The position numbers and the translations under genes were made by a program. A stretch of DNA of 64,000 nucleotides, from positions 8,886 through 72,885 of the forward strand of contig CALFRK010000003.1 of NCBI GenBank assembly GCA_937919625.1. The letters run 5' to 3'. The DNA comes from an uncultured Ilumatobacter sp. (lineage in GTDB: Bacteria > Actinomycetota > Acidimicrobiia > Acidimicrobiales > Ilumatobacteraceae). The notes below the pieces were generated by a model. The model did not search any database. It was not told where the DNA came from and worked only from the letters and a program-made list of their open reading frames with translations. Positions 53,991 through 63,887 of the stretch are shown here, piece after piece. How positions within the stretch are numbered: position 1 is the first letter of the stretch; each line of letters opens with the position of its first letter.

Positions 53991-54806
53991 TCAGCCCCAG
54001 CCGGGGTTGTTGCCACCGCGGTAGCGGGTGGCCGACAGAGGCGTCGACCACTGTCGACGCTGTCCCCCATAGGTCGAGGCGACGATCAACGCCACGCCAC
54101 CGACGGCACAGATCAGCGCCAGCCCCAGCACGACCGGGAGAGTACGCATCGCCAGGCGTGGGACTGCGTGTGTCCAGACGCGGTTGTCGATCGCCGTCAT
54201 CATGTGCACGGGTAGGGCGTAGCCGAACAACAGCATCGAGGCCGCCATCGCGATACCGAATTCGCCGAGCCCGCGGAGCACATCGCGACGCCCTGGTCGC
54301 GCAAAGATACCGAGCAGCACCAGCAACAGTCCGAGACCACCGGCGATCGGGATCATCCAGCCCAGCAGGCCGCGCATCGTCTTGAGCGTGCCGATCGGCT
54401 CGATCGGCATCGTGACCGTGACGACGTGTGCGGCCCGTTGGTCGCGCACGATGTCGATCATCTGGGGTCCGGTGATCTGCACGGGTTCGTCACGGATACC
54501 GATGATGCGCTCGTGGGCCTGTTCGATCAGGGGGGCCATCATGGCCGCTCCGGCGCGGTTGGTGAGAACTTGTGTCTCGATGAAGTCGCTGAGATCTGGA
54601 ACCGATTGTTCGACGGCCGCCGCGCTGGCCGGTGCGACGAGTGCGTTGAACTCGAGCCGGATGTCGCGATCACGAAGGATCGCTGTGGCGGTGTCGGTGG
54701 TGGCGTCGGGTGTGAAGACGATTCGCTGCATCCACCACGCTCCCGCGCTCAAACTGATCGCCACTGCGGCGACCAAGAACAACATGCCTGCAAGACTTCG
54801 TTCCAT
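53991..54806 (-). CDS. integral membrane protein, hypothetical
   Basis: N-terminal TM, an extracytoplasmic domain of about 140 aa, then 3-4 C-terminal TM segments. Confidence 0.55.
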   Translation of the reverse strand: MERSLAGMLFLVAAVAISLSAGAWWMQRIVFTPDATTDTATAILRDRDIRLEFNALVAPASAAAVEQSVPDLSDFIETQVLTNRAGAAMMAPLIEQAHERIIGIRDEPVQITGPQMIDIVRDQRAAHVVTVTMPIEPIGTLKTMRGLLGWMIPIAGGLGLLLVLLGIFARPGRRDVLRGLGEFGIAMAASMLLFGYALPVHMMTAIDNRVWTHAVPRLAMRTLPVVLGLALICAVGGVALIVASTYGGQRRQWSTPLSATRYRGGNNPGWG

Positions 54807-54846
54807 TGCAGGAGAGTCTGCCAGCCCGAATGGGTAACCTGCGATT

Positions 54847-55290
54847 GTGGAGACTTCATCCGGACATTTGAAGATTCAGCCGATCGTCAGTTTCCCGTCC
54901 CGTCCCCGCCTGTTGGCGCGCGGCTTCACCCGTCGGTGTGCCTGGTGCGGCGACCGCAAGTCGTACTTTCTGGGTTGGTTCAAGCGCCAGGAGCGTTGCC
55001 AGTCGTGTGGCCATGCCTATCGGCGTGGCGACGAAGCGTTCGAGCTCGGCGCTCTCACCGCAAATATCATCCTCACCTTTTCGTCTCTGCTCGGCACGGT
55101 GCTTGTGCTCGTGGTGCTTACCGCCCCCGACATTCCGGTGCTCGGTGTGATGATCGCTGCCGGGGCCGTCGGCCTGTTCGGGCCGGCAGTCTTCTACCCG
55201 GTTTCGTTCACGCTGTGGCAGGCGGTCGACCTGTGGATGCGTCGACCGACCCCCGCCGAGTTGGCCGGCGAGGGCGACGCCTCGCTCTGA
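54847..55290 (+). CDS. DUF983 domain membrane protein
   Basis: Zinc-ribbon CAWCGD...CQSCGH followed by two TM helices. Confidence 0.7.
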   Translation: METSSGHLKIQPIVSFPSRPRLLARGFTRRCAWCGDRKSYFLGWFKRQERCQSCGHAYRRGDEAFELGALTANIILTFSSLLGTVLVLVVLTAPDIPVLGVMIAAGAVGLFGPAVFYPVSFTLWQAVDLWMRRPTPAELAGEGDASL

Positions 55291-55293
55291 CGT

Positions 55294-55312
55294 GTTGCGT
55301 ACGACACGCAAC
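55294..55312 (+). terminator. 7-bp-stem hairpin 4 nt after the DUF983 stop
   Basis: gttgcgt-acgac-acgcaac has the same architecture as the 17149 and 40023 hairpins, with a compensatory T:A to C:G change. Confidence 0.35.
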
Positions 55313-55332
55313 GCAGCGTCGTCGAAAAGAAA

Positions 55333-55348
55333 TCGAACGTTCGTTCCC
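55333..55348. promoter_or_regulatory. LexA (SOS) box candidate 1 upstream of recA
   Basis: TCGAACgttcGTTCCC matches the actinobacterial consensus TCGAAC-N4-GTTCGA at 10 of 12 positions. Confidence 0.5.
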
Positions 55349-55359
55349 TGAAATGCTTG

Positions 55360-55375
55360 CCGAACGGCTGTTCGA
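55360..55375. promoter_or_regulatory. LexA (SOS) box candidate 2 upstream of recA
   Basis: CCGAACggctGTTCGA matches the consensus at 11 of 12 positions. Confidence 0.55.
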
Positions 55376-55518
55376 CAACTACATTGTTGTCATTCCCCCA
55401 CAGGGGCAGCCAAACAACACTGTGACACCCCTTACGTATGGTGATCACCACGTTGAAATCAGCGGATCGGGCTCATCGCCCCGAACAATCGAACAGCACG
55501 AACAGGGAGACAAATCAC

Positions 55519-56589
55519 ATGGGCAACGACCGCGAAAAGTCGCTCGAGATGGCCTTGGCCCAGATCGACAAGCAATTCGGCAAGGGCTCGATCATGCGCA
55601 TGGGCGACAAGAACAGCCTTGCGATCGAGTCGATCCCCACGGGTGCCATCGCACTCGACCTGGCGCTCGGCATCGGGGGCCTGCCACGCGGCCGTGTCAC
55701 CGAGATCTTCGGCCCAGAGTCGTCGGGTAAGTCCACGCTCGCCATGCATGTCGTTGCCGAGGCGCAGCGCAATGGTGGCGTGTGCGCCTATATCGACGCC
55801 GAGCACGCCATGGACCCGATCTACGCAGCGGCGATCGGTGTCGACATCGACCAGCTCCTCATCTCGCAACCCGACACAGGCGAGCAGGCACTCGAGATCT
55901 GCGACATGTTGGTGCGATCTGGGGCGATCGACGTTGTCGTGATCGATTCGGTGGCGGCGTTGACACCGCGTGCCGAACTCGAGGGCGACATGGGCGACAC
56001 CCACGTCGGTTTGCAGGCCCGCCTCATGAGCCAGGCGCTGCGCAAGCTCACCGGCAACCTAAGCAAAACCCAAACAATCGCGATCTTCATCAACCAGTTG
56101 CGCGAAAAGATTGGTGTCATGTTCGGATCGCCCGAAACCACACCTGGTGGACGTGCGCTCAAGTTCTACTCGTCGGTGCGGCTCGACATCCGCCGCATCG
56201 AGTCGCTCAAGGACGGTGCCGAGATCGTCGGCAACCGCACCAGGGTCAAGGTCGTCAAAAACAAGGTATCGCCGCCGTTCCGTCAGGCCGAGTTCGACAT
56301 CATGTACGGCAAGGGCATCAGCCGCGAGGGTGGATTACTCGACATCTCTGTCGATCTCGGGATCGTCACCAAGTCGGGTGCGTGGTTCACCTATGAGGGC
56401 GAGCAGCTAGGCCAGGGTCGCGAGAACGCCAAAAACTTCCTCGCGTCAAACCCCGAGATCACGGTCGAGATCAGCGACAAGGTGATGATCGCTTCAGGCC
56501 TTAAGCTCGACCCGAACGCACCGCTCGAGGTTGCAGACTCGGCCGACGAGTTCACAGACGAGCACGATCAGCCGATCAGCCTCGACTGA
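55519..56589 (+). CDS. recA: recombinase RecA
   Basis: [30 protein letters not shown]...[11 protein letters not shown]...IDAEHA. AGGGAGA lies upstream of the ATG. Confidence 0.95.
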   Translation: MGNDREKSLEMALAQIDKQFGKGSIMRMGDKNSLAIESIPTGAIALDLALGIGGLPRGRVTEIFGPESSGKSTLAMHVVAEAQRNGGVCAYIDAEHAMDPIYAAAIGVDIDQLLISQPDTGEQALEICDMLVRSGAIDVVVIDSVAALTPRAELEGDMGDTHVGLQARLMSQALRKLTGNLSKTQTIAIFINQLREKIGVMFGSPETTPGGRALKFYSSVRLDIRRIESLKDGAEIVGNRTRVKVVKNKVSPPFRQAEFDIMYGKGISREGGLLDISVDLGIVTKSGAWFTYEGEQLGQGRENAKNFLASNPEITVEISDKVMIASGLKLDPNAPLEVADSADEFTDEHDQPISLD

Positions 56590-56601
56590 TTCCGGCTTGG
56601 C

Positions 56602-57033
56602 ATGGCGGTACCACAACGCTTGACGATGGTCACGCTGGGGGTGGCCGACGTCGCTCGATCGACTTCGTTCTACGAATCGCTCGGGTGGCGTCGGTCGTCT
56701 GCGTCCGAGAACTCGATCACGTTCTTCTCGATGCAGGGAAGCGTGCTCGGGCTGTACGGCCGCCATGCGCTGGCCGACGACGCCGGCGTGTCAGCCGACG
56801 GAACCGGCTTCCGAGCGGTCACGATCGCTCTCAACTGCGACAGCCGTGCCGACGTCGACGTGGTCTTCGCCGCATGGGTCACCGCTGGCGCGGTTCCCGT
56901 CAAACAGCCTGTGTCAACAGAGTGGGGTGGGTACTCGTCGTACGTGGCGGACCCCGACGGTCACCTGTGGGAGATCGCCAACAATCCGTACTCGCCCAAC
57001 GATGCTGACGGGCTGATGACGCTCGCCGACTGA
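56602..57033 (+). CDS. VOC (glyoxalase/bleomycin-resistance) family protein
   Basis: LTMVTLGVADVARSTSFYESLGW...DPDGHLWEIA. Confidence 0.8.
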   Translation: MAVPQRLTMVTLGVADVARSTSFYESLGWRRSSASENSITFFSMQGSVLGLYGRHALADDAGVSADGTGFRAVTIALNCDSRADVDVVFAAWVTAGAVPVKQPVSTEWGGYSSYVADPDGHLWEIANNPYSPNDADGLMTLAD

Positions 57034-57051
57034 CGCCGGCGGCAAGTCAGG

Positions 57052-57429
57052 TCAGAGGCCCGGCTTCCAGATCATCAGGGCCAGGCCGACGACCAAGCTG
57101 AGGTGCGTTACGCCGATGCCAGCGGAGAGCTTGGCGTTGGCCGAATCGCTCGAGTCGGTGATCGCCGGCTTGATCAGGAACCAGCTCACAGCGATCGTCA
57201 CGATCCAAACGAGGATCGCAAGCGTCAGCCACGTCTGCGACATTTCGTATACCCCGTCCGACATTCCGGCCATACCCATGCCGAACACCCACAGCAGCAC
57301 AAGTGCCGGAAACGTCATTTGCATGTGGGTCTTGGCGATGGTCTTCGTCTCGCCGGCCTTGCGAAGGGCGGGATAGAGGAACAACGGTCCGAATGCCACG
57401 ACGGCTGCAACAATGTGCAGCAGTTCCAT
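57052..57429 (-). CDS. four-TM membrane protein, hypothetical
   Basis: MELLHIVAAVVAFGPLFLYP... The start is at the internal ATG, codon 40 of the track ORF. Confidence 0.55.
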   Translation of the reverse strand: MELLHIVAAVVAFGPLFLYPALRKAGETKTIAKTHMQMTFPALVLLWVFGMGMAGMSDGVYEMSQTWLTLAILVWIVTIAVSWFLIKPAITDSSDSANAKLSAGIGVTHLSLVVGLALMIWKPGL

Positions 57430-57508
57430 GATTTGGTACCCGGTCGAGCCAACAGCAGCGATGATCACGGCTGGCACGCTAGCGCCCGTTGCCGTGCTTG
57501 GTGGTCGA

Positions 57509-58903
57509 TCAGAGTTGTTCCAACGCTTCGAGCAGGGCGTTCTCAACCACCTCGGTCAGTGCCGGGTGGATCCAGTAGGGCTCGTGCGCCAATTGGGCGG
57601 CCGTTTGGCCGAACTGCATCGCCTGGATCAGCGTCTGGATCAGCGAAGCAGCCTGCGGGCCGATGATGTGGGCCCCGATGATCAGGCCGGTCGGCACGTC
57701 TACGAGCACCTTGGCAAATGACGTTTCGTCGGCCAGCGCCCACCCGAAAGCGGTACCACCGTAGTCGCGGCGTCCGACGACAAAGTCACGCCCCTGATCG
57801 CGGGCCTGCTGCTCGGTCAGCCCAACCGAAGCGACCTGCGGATTGCTGAATACGGCGGCGGGCACAGCCGTGTAGTCGACACGCTTCTGGTCGTCGGGGT
57901 GGGCGATGTTCCAGAATGCGACCTCGGCCTCGTGATTGGCGACGTGCTTGAGCTGGTACTCGTTGGCGATGTCGCCGATCGCCCACACCCCATCGGCGAT
58001 GGTGCGCATGTGTTCGTCGACAACGATGGTTCCGTGGTGATGACAGGACAACCCACCGAGCTCGACGTCGAGCAGGTCGCTGTTGGGCTCGCGGCCGGTT
58101 GCCACGAGCAGCTGATCGACCTCGATCACCTCTCCGCCGCAATGGATCGCGATCGAGTCACCGCGACGCTCGATTTTGGACGGCAGATGCTCGAGGTGCA
58201 CGTCGACGCGCTGTGAGAAGACCTCGGTGAATCGTTGTGAGATCTCTGCGTCTTGCGCCCGTAGCAGCACATGCGACCGGTTGAACAACGACACCTTCGA
58301 TCCGAACGAGGCAAAGACGTGGCCCATTTCGACGGCGATGTAGCCACCGCCGACGATCCCCAAACGATCGGGCAGTTCGTCGAGACGCATAATCGAGTCG
58401 GAGGTGTGAAACCCGGTCTCGACCAGGCCAGGGATCGGCGGCACGGAGGGGCGTGAGCCGGCGCCGATCAGGATGTGGTCGGCGGTAAACCTCTTGCCCT
58501 CGATATCGAGCACCCTCGGCGCCACGAATCGGGCGGTGCCTTCGATCAGGGTGATGTTCTCCGAGCCGGTCGCTCGGTATTGGCGCCCTCCTTCGGCGAT
58601 CGGGTCGATCCGTCCGAACACACGATCACGAATAGCCGCCCAATCGGCGCCATGGAAGCGCACATCGACACCGAGCCGCGGGCTGTGGTTGGCCTCCTCG
58701 GCAAGATCGGCCGGCAACACGAACATCTTCGAAGGGATGCAGCCGACGTTGAGGCAGGTGCCACCGAACGTGCCACGCTCGACGATCGCGATCTTCCACT
58801 CGCTGAGATACGACGGAATCGCATTTGCCGATCCACTCCCGATGATGATCAGGTCGTAGTGGCGCGGTTCGTTCTGTTCGTTCGGCACGATGTGGTTGAA
58901 CAC
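57509..58903 (-). CDS. pyridine nucleotide-disulfide oxidoreductase, mycothione-reductase-like
   Basis: YDLIIIGSGSAN...GTFGGTCLNVGCIPSKMF redox-active disulfide and a C-terminal dimerisation domain with HP..TE. Confidence 0.75.
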   Translation of the reverse strand: MFNHIVPNEQNEPRHYDLIIIGSGSANAIPSYLSEWKIAIVERGTFGGTCLNVGCIPSKMFVLPADLAEEANHSPRLGVDVRFHGADWAAIRDRVFGRIDPIAEGGRQYRATGSENITLIEGTARFVAPRVLDIEGKRFTADHILIGAGSRPSVPPIPGLVETGFHTSDSIMRLDELPDRLGIVGGGYIAVEMGHVFASFGSKVSLFNRSHVLLRAQDAEISQRFTEVFSQRVDVHLEHLPSKIERRGDSIAIHCGGEVIEVDQLLVATGREPNSDLLDVELGGLSCHHHGTIVVDEHMRTIADGVWAIGDIANEYQLKHVANHEAEVAFWNIAHPDDQKRVDYTAVPAAVFSNPQVASVGLTEQQARDQGRDFVVGRRDYGGTAFGWALADETSFAKVLVDVPTGLIIGAHIIGPQAASLIQTLIQAMQFGQTAAQLAHEPYWIHPALTEVVENALLEALEQL

Positions 58904-58943
58904 CCGACAGTCGGGATTCCTTCCTCGTGGTGCTGGTCGGCGG

Positions 58944-59345
58944 TCAGTCGCTCGCCGGCAAAGTGATCACGACGCCACGGTCGGCGTAGGGAATCCGGTT
59001 GCGCTTGATGATCCCGCCGATCTTGCCGAGCAGCTTGGTGATTTTGGTGAAGTAGCCGTACTTGGCCTTGATCTTGGTGGTGATCTGGGCAAGTTGATCG
59101 CCGGTCACCAACTCGGCGGTGGCCGCGATCGGCTTTGTGCCATCTTTGACCCGTCCGCGCGAGTCCGACGGCTGCACGATCACTTTCGAGGTATGGGCCA
59201 AACGCTTTGCCTTGCCTGATCCCGAGCTGGTGTAGAACCCGACCTTGTTGTCACCAAGGTCGACCACCCAGACAGGCGACGCGACCGGTGTCCCGGCCTT
59301 TCGGAAGGTTGTCAGTGACATGTACTTCTCTTCGGCGAGTTCCAT
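58944..59345 (-). CDS. PPOX-class (F420/FMN-dependent) small oxidoreductase family protein
   Basis: MSLTTFRKAGTPVASPVWVV...GFYTSSGSGKAKRL pattern. Confidence 0.6.
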   Translation of the reverse strand: MELAEEKYMSLTTFRKAGTPVASPVWVVDLGDNKVGFYTSSGSGKAKRLAHTSKVIVQPSDSRGRVKDGTKPIAATAELVTGDQLAQITTKIKAKYGYFTKITKLLGKIGGIIKRNRIPYADRGVVITLPASD

Positions 59346-59398
59346 GCCTGAACCATACCAACGGCCGGGAACCCGGGTGGCCGGTAGCCTGCTCAATC

Positions 59399-60832
59399 AT
59401 GGATTCGGGGGACACACGCAGCTATGTCGTGCACACCTATGGGTGTCAGATGAACGAGCACGACTCTGAACGAATCGCAGGGTTGCTGGAGGCTGACGGG
59501 TATGTGCGCGCCGAGTCGCAAGACGACGCCGATGTAGTCGTGCTCAATACGTGCTGCATCAGGGAAAACGCCGACAACAAGCTGTACGGCAACCTCGGCC
59601 ACCTGCGACCATGGAAAGACGCCAAGCAGGGCCGCCAGATCGTCGTGTCGGGCTGCCTTGCCCAGAAAGACCGCGACTTGGTCGCCAAGAAGGCCAAACA
59701 TGTCGACGTGGTGATGGGCACACATAACGTGCACCGCGCCGCCGAGTTGCTTCACGAGGCGGCCAACAGCAACGGACCCCTGACCGAGATCCTCGAGGCG
59801 GCGGTGATCGATGACCACGCCTTGTTTCCGTCGGCCCTGCCGGCTCGCCGCGAGACCAGTTACAACGCCTGGGTCACGATCCAGATCGGTTGCGACAACA
59901 ACTGTGCATTCTGCATCGTGCCTGCCGTTCGCGGTGTCGAGATCAGTCGTCCGTATGCCGAGATTCTTAACGAGGTAGAGCAGCTGGCATCCGAAGGCGT
60001 CACCGAAGTCACGCTGCTCGGCCAGAACGTCAACTCGTACGGCCGTGATCTGCAACTGGCCGCACGTCAGGCGGGTGATGCCGATGCCAAGCTGCGTCCA
60101 TTGTTCAGCGATCTGATCCGTGATGTCGGCGCCGTAGAGGGCATCCGGCGCGTGCGCTACACCAGTCCGCACCCCAAGGACATGCGGTCGGAAACCTTCT
60201 CAGCGATGGCTGAGACGGAGGCGGTATGTGAGCATCTGCATTATCCCTTGCAGTCGGGCAGCGACCGCGTGCTGGCACTGATGCACCGCGGTTATACCGC
60301 CAAGCGCTACCTCGAGAAGCTGGCCCAGGCCCGCATGGTCGTGCCAGACCTGGCGGTGTCCACCGACATCATCGTCGGTTTTCCTGGCGAGACCGACGAT
60401 GACTTCGAACGTACGCTCGAGGTGGCGGCGGCGGCCGAGTATGACTACGCCTATATGTTCATCTTTTCGCCACGCCCGGGCACTGAGGCAGCCGAGATGC
60501 AGGCCGACTTCGTCGATCCTGCCGTTGCCAGCGAACGTTTTCAGAGATTGCGGATCGTGATCGAGCGCTCGGCACTGCTCAAGCATGAGGCGCGAGTGGG
60601 GCACATCGAAGAGGTGCTGATCGAGGGGCCGTCAAAAAAGAACCCCGCCGTCATTTCCGGTCGTACCCGCCAGAACAAGCTGCTGCATTTCACGCCGCCG
60701 TACCCACTTCGTAGGGGTAGCTATGCAACGGTCGAGGTCACCCGCGCCGCCCCGCACCACCTCGAGGGTCGGTTCGTCGAGATGTTGGCCGAGCCCACTC
60801 ACAAGCTTCGCATCCCTGTCAACGCCCTGTGA
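59399..60832 (+). CDS. miaB: tRNA-2-methylthio-N6-dimethylallyladenosine synthase
   Basis: YGCQMNEHDSE, radical-SAM motif GCDNNCAFCIVP and a TRAM domain. The start is at MDSGDTRSY. Confidence 0.9.
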   Translation: MDSGDTRSYVVHTYGCQMNEHDSERIAGLLEADGYVRAESQDDADVVVLNTCCIRENADNKLYGNLGHLRPWKDAKQGRQIVVSGCLAQKDRDLVAKKAKHVDVVMGTHNVHRAAELLHEAANSNGPLTEILEAAVIDDHALFPSALPARRETSYNAWVTIQIGCDNNCAFCIVPAVRGVEISRPYAEILNEVEQLASEGVTEVTLLGQNVNSYGRDLQLAARQAGDADAKLRPLFSDLIRDVGAVEGIRRVRYTSPHPKDMRSETFSAMAETEAVCEHLHYPLQSGSDRVLALMHRGYTAKRYLEKLAQARMVVPDLAVSTDIIVGFPGETDDDFERTLEVAAAAEYDYAYMFIFSPRPGTEAAEMQADFVDPAVASERFQRLRIVIERSALLKHEARVGHIEEVLIEGPSKKNPAVISGRTRQNKLLHFTPPYPLRRGSYATVEVTRAAPHHLEGRFVEMLAEPTHKLRIPVNAL

Positions 60833-61779
60833 GCATCGGGCCGATCCGTGTGGCCGTGGTCGGTCCGACCGCGTCGGGCAAATCATCGGTCGCTATGGTC
60901 GTGGCCGAATCGGAAGGTGACGTCGATCTGATCTCGATCGACTCGATGCAGGTGTACCGGGGAATGAACATCGGCACCGCCAAGCCCACGCCAGCCGAGC
61001 GATCACGCGTGCCGCACCACCTGACCGACCTGGTCGATGCCAACCAGGAGTTTGCCGTTGCCGAGTTCCAACGTGCCTACAACGGTGTCCTCGAGGAGAT
61101 CACCGAGCGCGGTCGTCGTGCGATCCTTGTCGGGGGAACGGGGCTGTATCACCGGGCGGTCATCGACGGGCTCAACCTGCCGGGGGAGTGGCCAGAGATT
61201 CGCACTCGACTACAGGCAGAGGTTGGTCGGTTTGGAGCACCGTCCCTTCATGCCCGACTCGTCGCCTGCGATCCAGCGGCCGCCGCAAAGACCGAGCCAA
61301 ACAACGCCCGCCGCATTGTGAGGGCACTCGAGGTGTGCGAAGGCAGCGGGCGGCCGTTCAGTTCGTTTGGTCCTGGGCTCGAGGCCTACCCGCCAACCCC
61401 TGTTGCCCAGATCGGGTTGCGCTGGGAGCGTGGCGTCCTGGCCGACCGCATCGGCCAAAGGGTGCACCAGATGATGCAGGACGGGCTCTTGAACGAGGTT
61501 TGCGGCCTCGCCGATGTAGGACTGTCGAAGACCGCCGCCCAGGCGCTCGGCTACAAGGAGATTCTGGCCCATCTAGAAGGGTCGGTCTCGCTGGACGAGG
61601 CGGTCGACCAGGTAATCGTACGAACGCGTCAGTTCGCAGTGCGGCAACTGCGATGGTTCCAACGTGACCCACGCGTACGCTGGGTAGATATCGAGCACGA
61701 TCCGGTCGCGGAGGCATCCGAGGTCGTGCGGGGGGCCCTCAACGGTTCTTCACAAAACGAGCAGGCAGGAAACGGATGA
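60829..61779 (+). CDS. miaA: tRNA dimethylallyltransferase
   Basis: VVGPTASGKS...DSMQVYRGMNIGTAKP. Its GTG overlaps the miaB stop. Confidence 0.9.
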   Translation: MSIGPIRVAVVGPTASGKSSVAMVVAESEGDVDLISIDSMQVYRGMNIGTAKPTPAERSRVPHHLTDLVDANQEFAVAEFQRAYNGVLEEITERGRRAILVGGTGLYHRAVIDGLNLPGEWPEIRTRLQAEVGRFGAPSLHARLVACDPAAAAKTEPNNARRIVRALEVCEGSGRPFSSFGPGLEAYPPTPVAQIGLRWERGVLADRIGQRVHQMMQDGLLNEVCGLADVGLSKTAAQALGYKEILAHLEGSVSLDEAVDQVIVRTRQFAVRQLRWFQRDPRVRWVDIEHDPVAEASEVVRGALNGSSQNEQAGNG

Positions 61780-62576
61780 GCACGCTGACGGTCACCAAGC
61801 ACCACGGACTCGGTAACGACTTCCTCGTCGTCTTCCATCCCGCTGTTGACGACCTGCCCGAGCTCGCTCGGCGTCTGTGCGCCCGGCGCCGTGGGATTGG
61901 CGCCGACGGGTTACTGGTCGCCGAGACCGAGCCGGACTATGCGGCGCGGATGGTGCTCTACAATGCTGATGGCAGCCGGGCCGAGATGAGCGGCAACGGA
62001 ATCCGTTGCTTCGCCCAGGCGCTGGCCGCCCGACGTGGCGATCTCCGTCCGCAGCGGATCCTCACCGATGCGGGTGATCGATTGGTCACGCTCGAGGCAA
62101 CCGACGACCAGGCGACAATCCTTGCAGCCGTCGACATGGGCCCAGTCGAACTGTTGCCCGAGCCATCCGGATGGGCCTCGTTGGGGTGTCACCCCGATCG
62201 CCCGGTCACCCACCTCAGTCTCGGCAACCCGCACGCCGTGGTCGGTGTCGACGACGTCGCCGCCGTCGATCTGGCCGACCTCGGCAGCAAGCTGCCCAAC
62301 ATCAATCTCGAGATCGTCGAACCCGGCGAGCATCAGCACGAGATTCGCATGCGTGTCCACGAACGCGGTGCAGGTATCACCGAGGCGTGCGGCACCGGCG
62401 CCTGCGCAGCGGCCTACGCAGCGGCCCGATGGGGGCTGGCTACCCCTTCCGACGGGAAAGTCGTGGTGGTTATGGACGGCGGGCGTGCGACAGTGGAGCT
62501 CGATGCCCCGGGCCCGGGACGCGTCACCCTGACCGGCCCGGCCACCCACATCGCCACGATCGAAATTGGGCTCTGA
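61776..62576 (+). CDS. dapF: diaminopimelate epimerase
   Basis: KHHGLGNDF, SGNGIRCF and EACGTGACA. Confidence 0.9.
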   Translation: MSTLTVTKHHGLGNDFLVVFHPAVDDLPELARRLCARRRGIGADGLLVAETEPDYAARMVLYNADGSRAEMSGNGIRCFAQALAARRGDLRPQRILTDAGDRLVTLEATDDQATILAAVDMGPVELLPEPSGWASLGCHPDRPVTHLSLGNPHAVVGVDDVAAVDLADLGSKLPNINLEIVEPGEHQHEIRMRVHERGAGITEACGTGACAAAYAAARWGLATPSDGKVVVVMDGGRATVELDAPGPGRVTLTGPATHIATIEIGL

Positions 62577-63887
62577 ATGAACACTCCGTACCAAGAATCG
62601 CTCGGCGCCTCACTGATCGACCGCACGATCCGAGAGAAGATCGTGCTCGTCAGTGTTCTATTGCCCGGTGACACCGATGAGTCGGTCGAGGCCAGCCTCG
62701 ATGAACTCGAGCTGCTGGTCGACACGGCCGGCGCCGACGTCGTGGCGCGCCTGGTGCAGCGCCGCTCGGCGCCCGACCATACCTGGTACATCGGCAAGGG
62801 CAAGGTCGATGAGCTCAAAGAGGTCTGCCTCGCCCTCGATGCCGACACAGTGGTGTTTGACAACAATCTTGCTCCGGCTCAGCAGTTCAACCTGGAAAAG
62901 GTTCTTGGACGAACGGCGATCGACCGTACCGCTGTGATTCTTGACATCTTCGGCCAGAACGCTCACACCTTGGAGGGCAAGGCCCAGGTCGAGCTCGCCC
63001 TGCTTCGGTATCGACTGCCACGGCTGCGTCGCGGCAAGGACGCCAAGTTGTCCCAGCAGCGCGGTGGTGTCGGCGGCCGGTTCGGTGGTGGCGAGACGAA
63101 GACCGAAGTCGATCGGCGTCGTATCATGCGTCGCATCACAAAGCTCGAGCACGATCTGCGATCGCTTGCTGATACTCGGGACCTGCAGCGAAAGTCGCGC
63201 GGTCGCAGCGGGCTCGCTACGGTGGCGATCGTCGGCTACACGAACGCCGGCAAATCGACGCTACTGAATCAGCTCACCGATGCCGGTGTGCTCACAGAGG
63301 ACCGCCTGTTCGCCACGCTTGATCCGACAACCCGTCGGCTTGCGCTGTCGGGCGGCGAACCAGTTCTGCTGACCGACACCGTCGGGTTTGTTCGCAGGCT
63401 CCCTCACGGACTGATCGAGGCGTTCAAGGGCACCCTCGAGGTCGCCGCCCTCGCCGACTATCTCGTGCACGTCGTCGATTCCAGCGCCGCCGACCCCGAG
63501 GGTCAGATCGCCGCCGTGCGTGTGGTGCTCGGCGAGATCAACGCCGCCGAAGTTCCCGAGTTGATCGTTTTCAACAAATGCGACCTAGCGCCGCTCGACG
63601 CCGACCGACTAAAGGCCGAGCATGTCGGTTCCGTCGCGGTCAGTTCCGTGACAGGCGAGGGCATCGAGCTCTTTCTGCGCACCTTGGCCGATCGTCTGCG
63701 GGCGATCACGAAAATCGTCGAGCTCGACATTCCGTACGACCGAGGCGACGTGATCGCCTCGGTGCATCGCGAGGGCGAGGTCGTGTCGACCACCGAATCT
63801 GAATCGGGACTGAGGGTTCGTGCACGGTTGTCTGAGGCCTCAGCCGGACGGCTCTCTGAGTTCGTCGTATCATCTCCAACCGCATGA
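62577..63887 (+). CDS. hflX: GTPase HflX
   Basis: GYTNAGKSTLLN, DTVGF and FNKCD, with an N-terminal HflX domain. Confidence 0.9.
   Translation: MNTPYQESLGASLIDRTIREKIVLVSVLLPGDTDESVEASLDELELLVDTAGADVVARLVQRRSAPDHTWYIGKGKVDELKEVCLALDADTVVFDNNLAPAQQFNLEKVLGRTAIDRTAVILDIFGQNAHTLEGKAQVELALLRYRLPRLRRGKDAKLSQQRGGVGGRFGGGETKTEVDRRRIMRRITKLEHDLRSLADTRDLQRKSRGRSGLATVAIVGYTNAGKSTLLNQLTDAGVLTEDRLFATLDPTTRRLALSGGEPVLLTDTVGFVRRLPHGLIEAFKGTLEVAALADYLVHVVDSSAADPEGQIAAVRVVLGEINAAEVPELIVFNKCDLAPLDADRLKAEHVGSVAVSSVTGEGIELFLRTLADRLRAITKIVELDIPYDRGDVIASVHREGEVVSTTESESGLRVRARLSEASAGRLSEFVVSSPTA

Noticed and set aside
55380-55518. RecA-independent DNA-damage promoter motif (TTGTCRGTG-N8-TANNNT) near recA
   Set aside because: TTGTCATTC is present at about 55387, but no TANNNT follows at the required spacing.
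54426-55730. 434-aa plus-strand ORF
   Set aside because: It spans the antisense of the membrane-protein gene, an alternative frame of the DUF983 gene, the recA promoter and the recA 5' end. It is incompatible with the well-supported genes.
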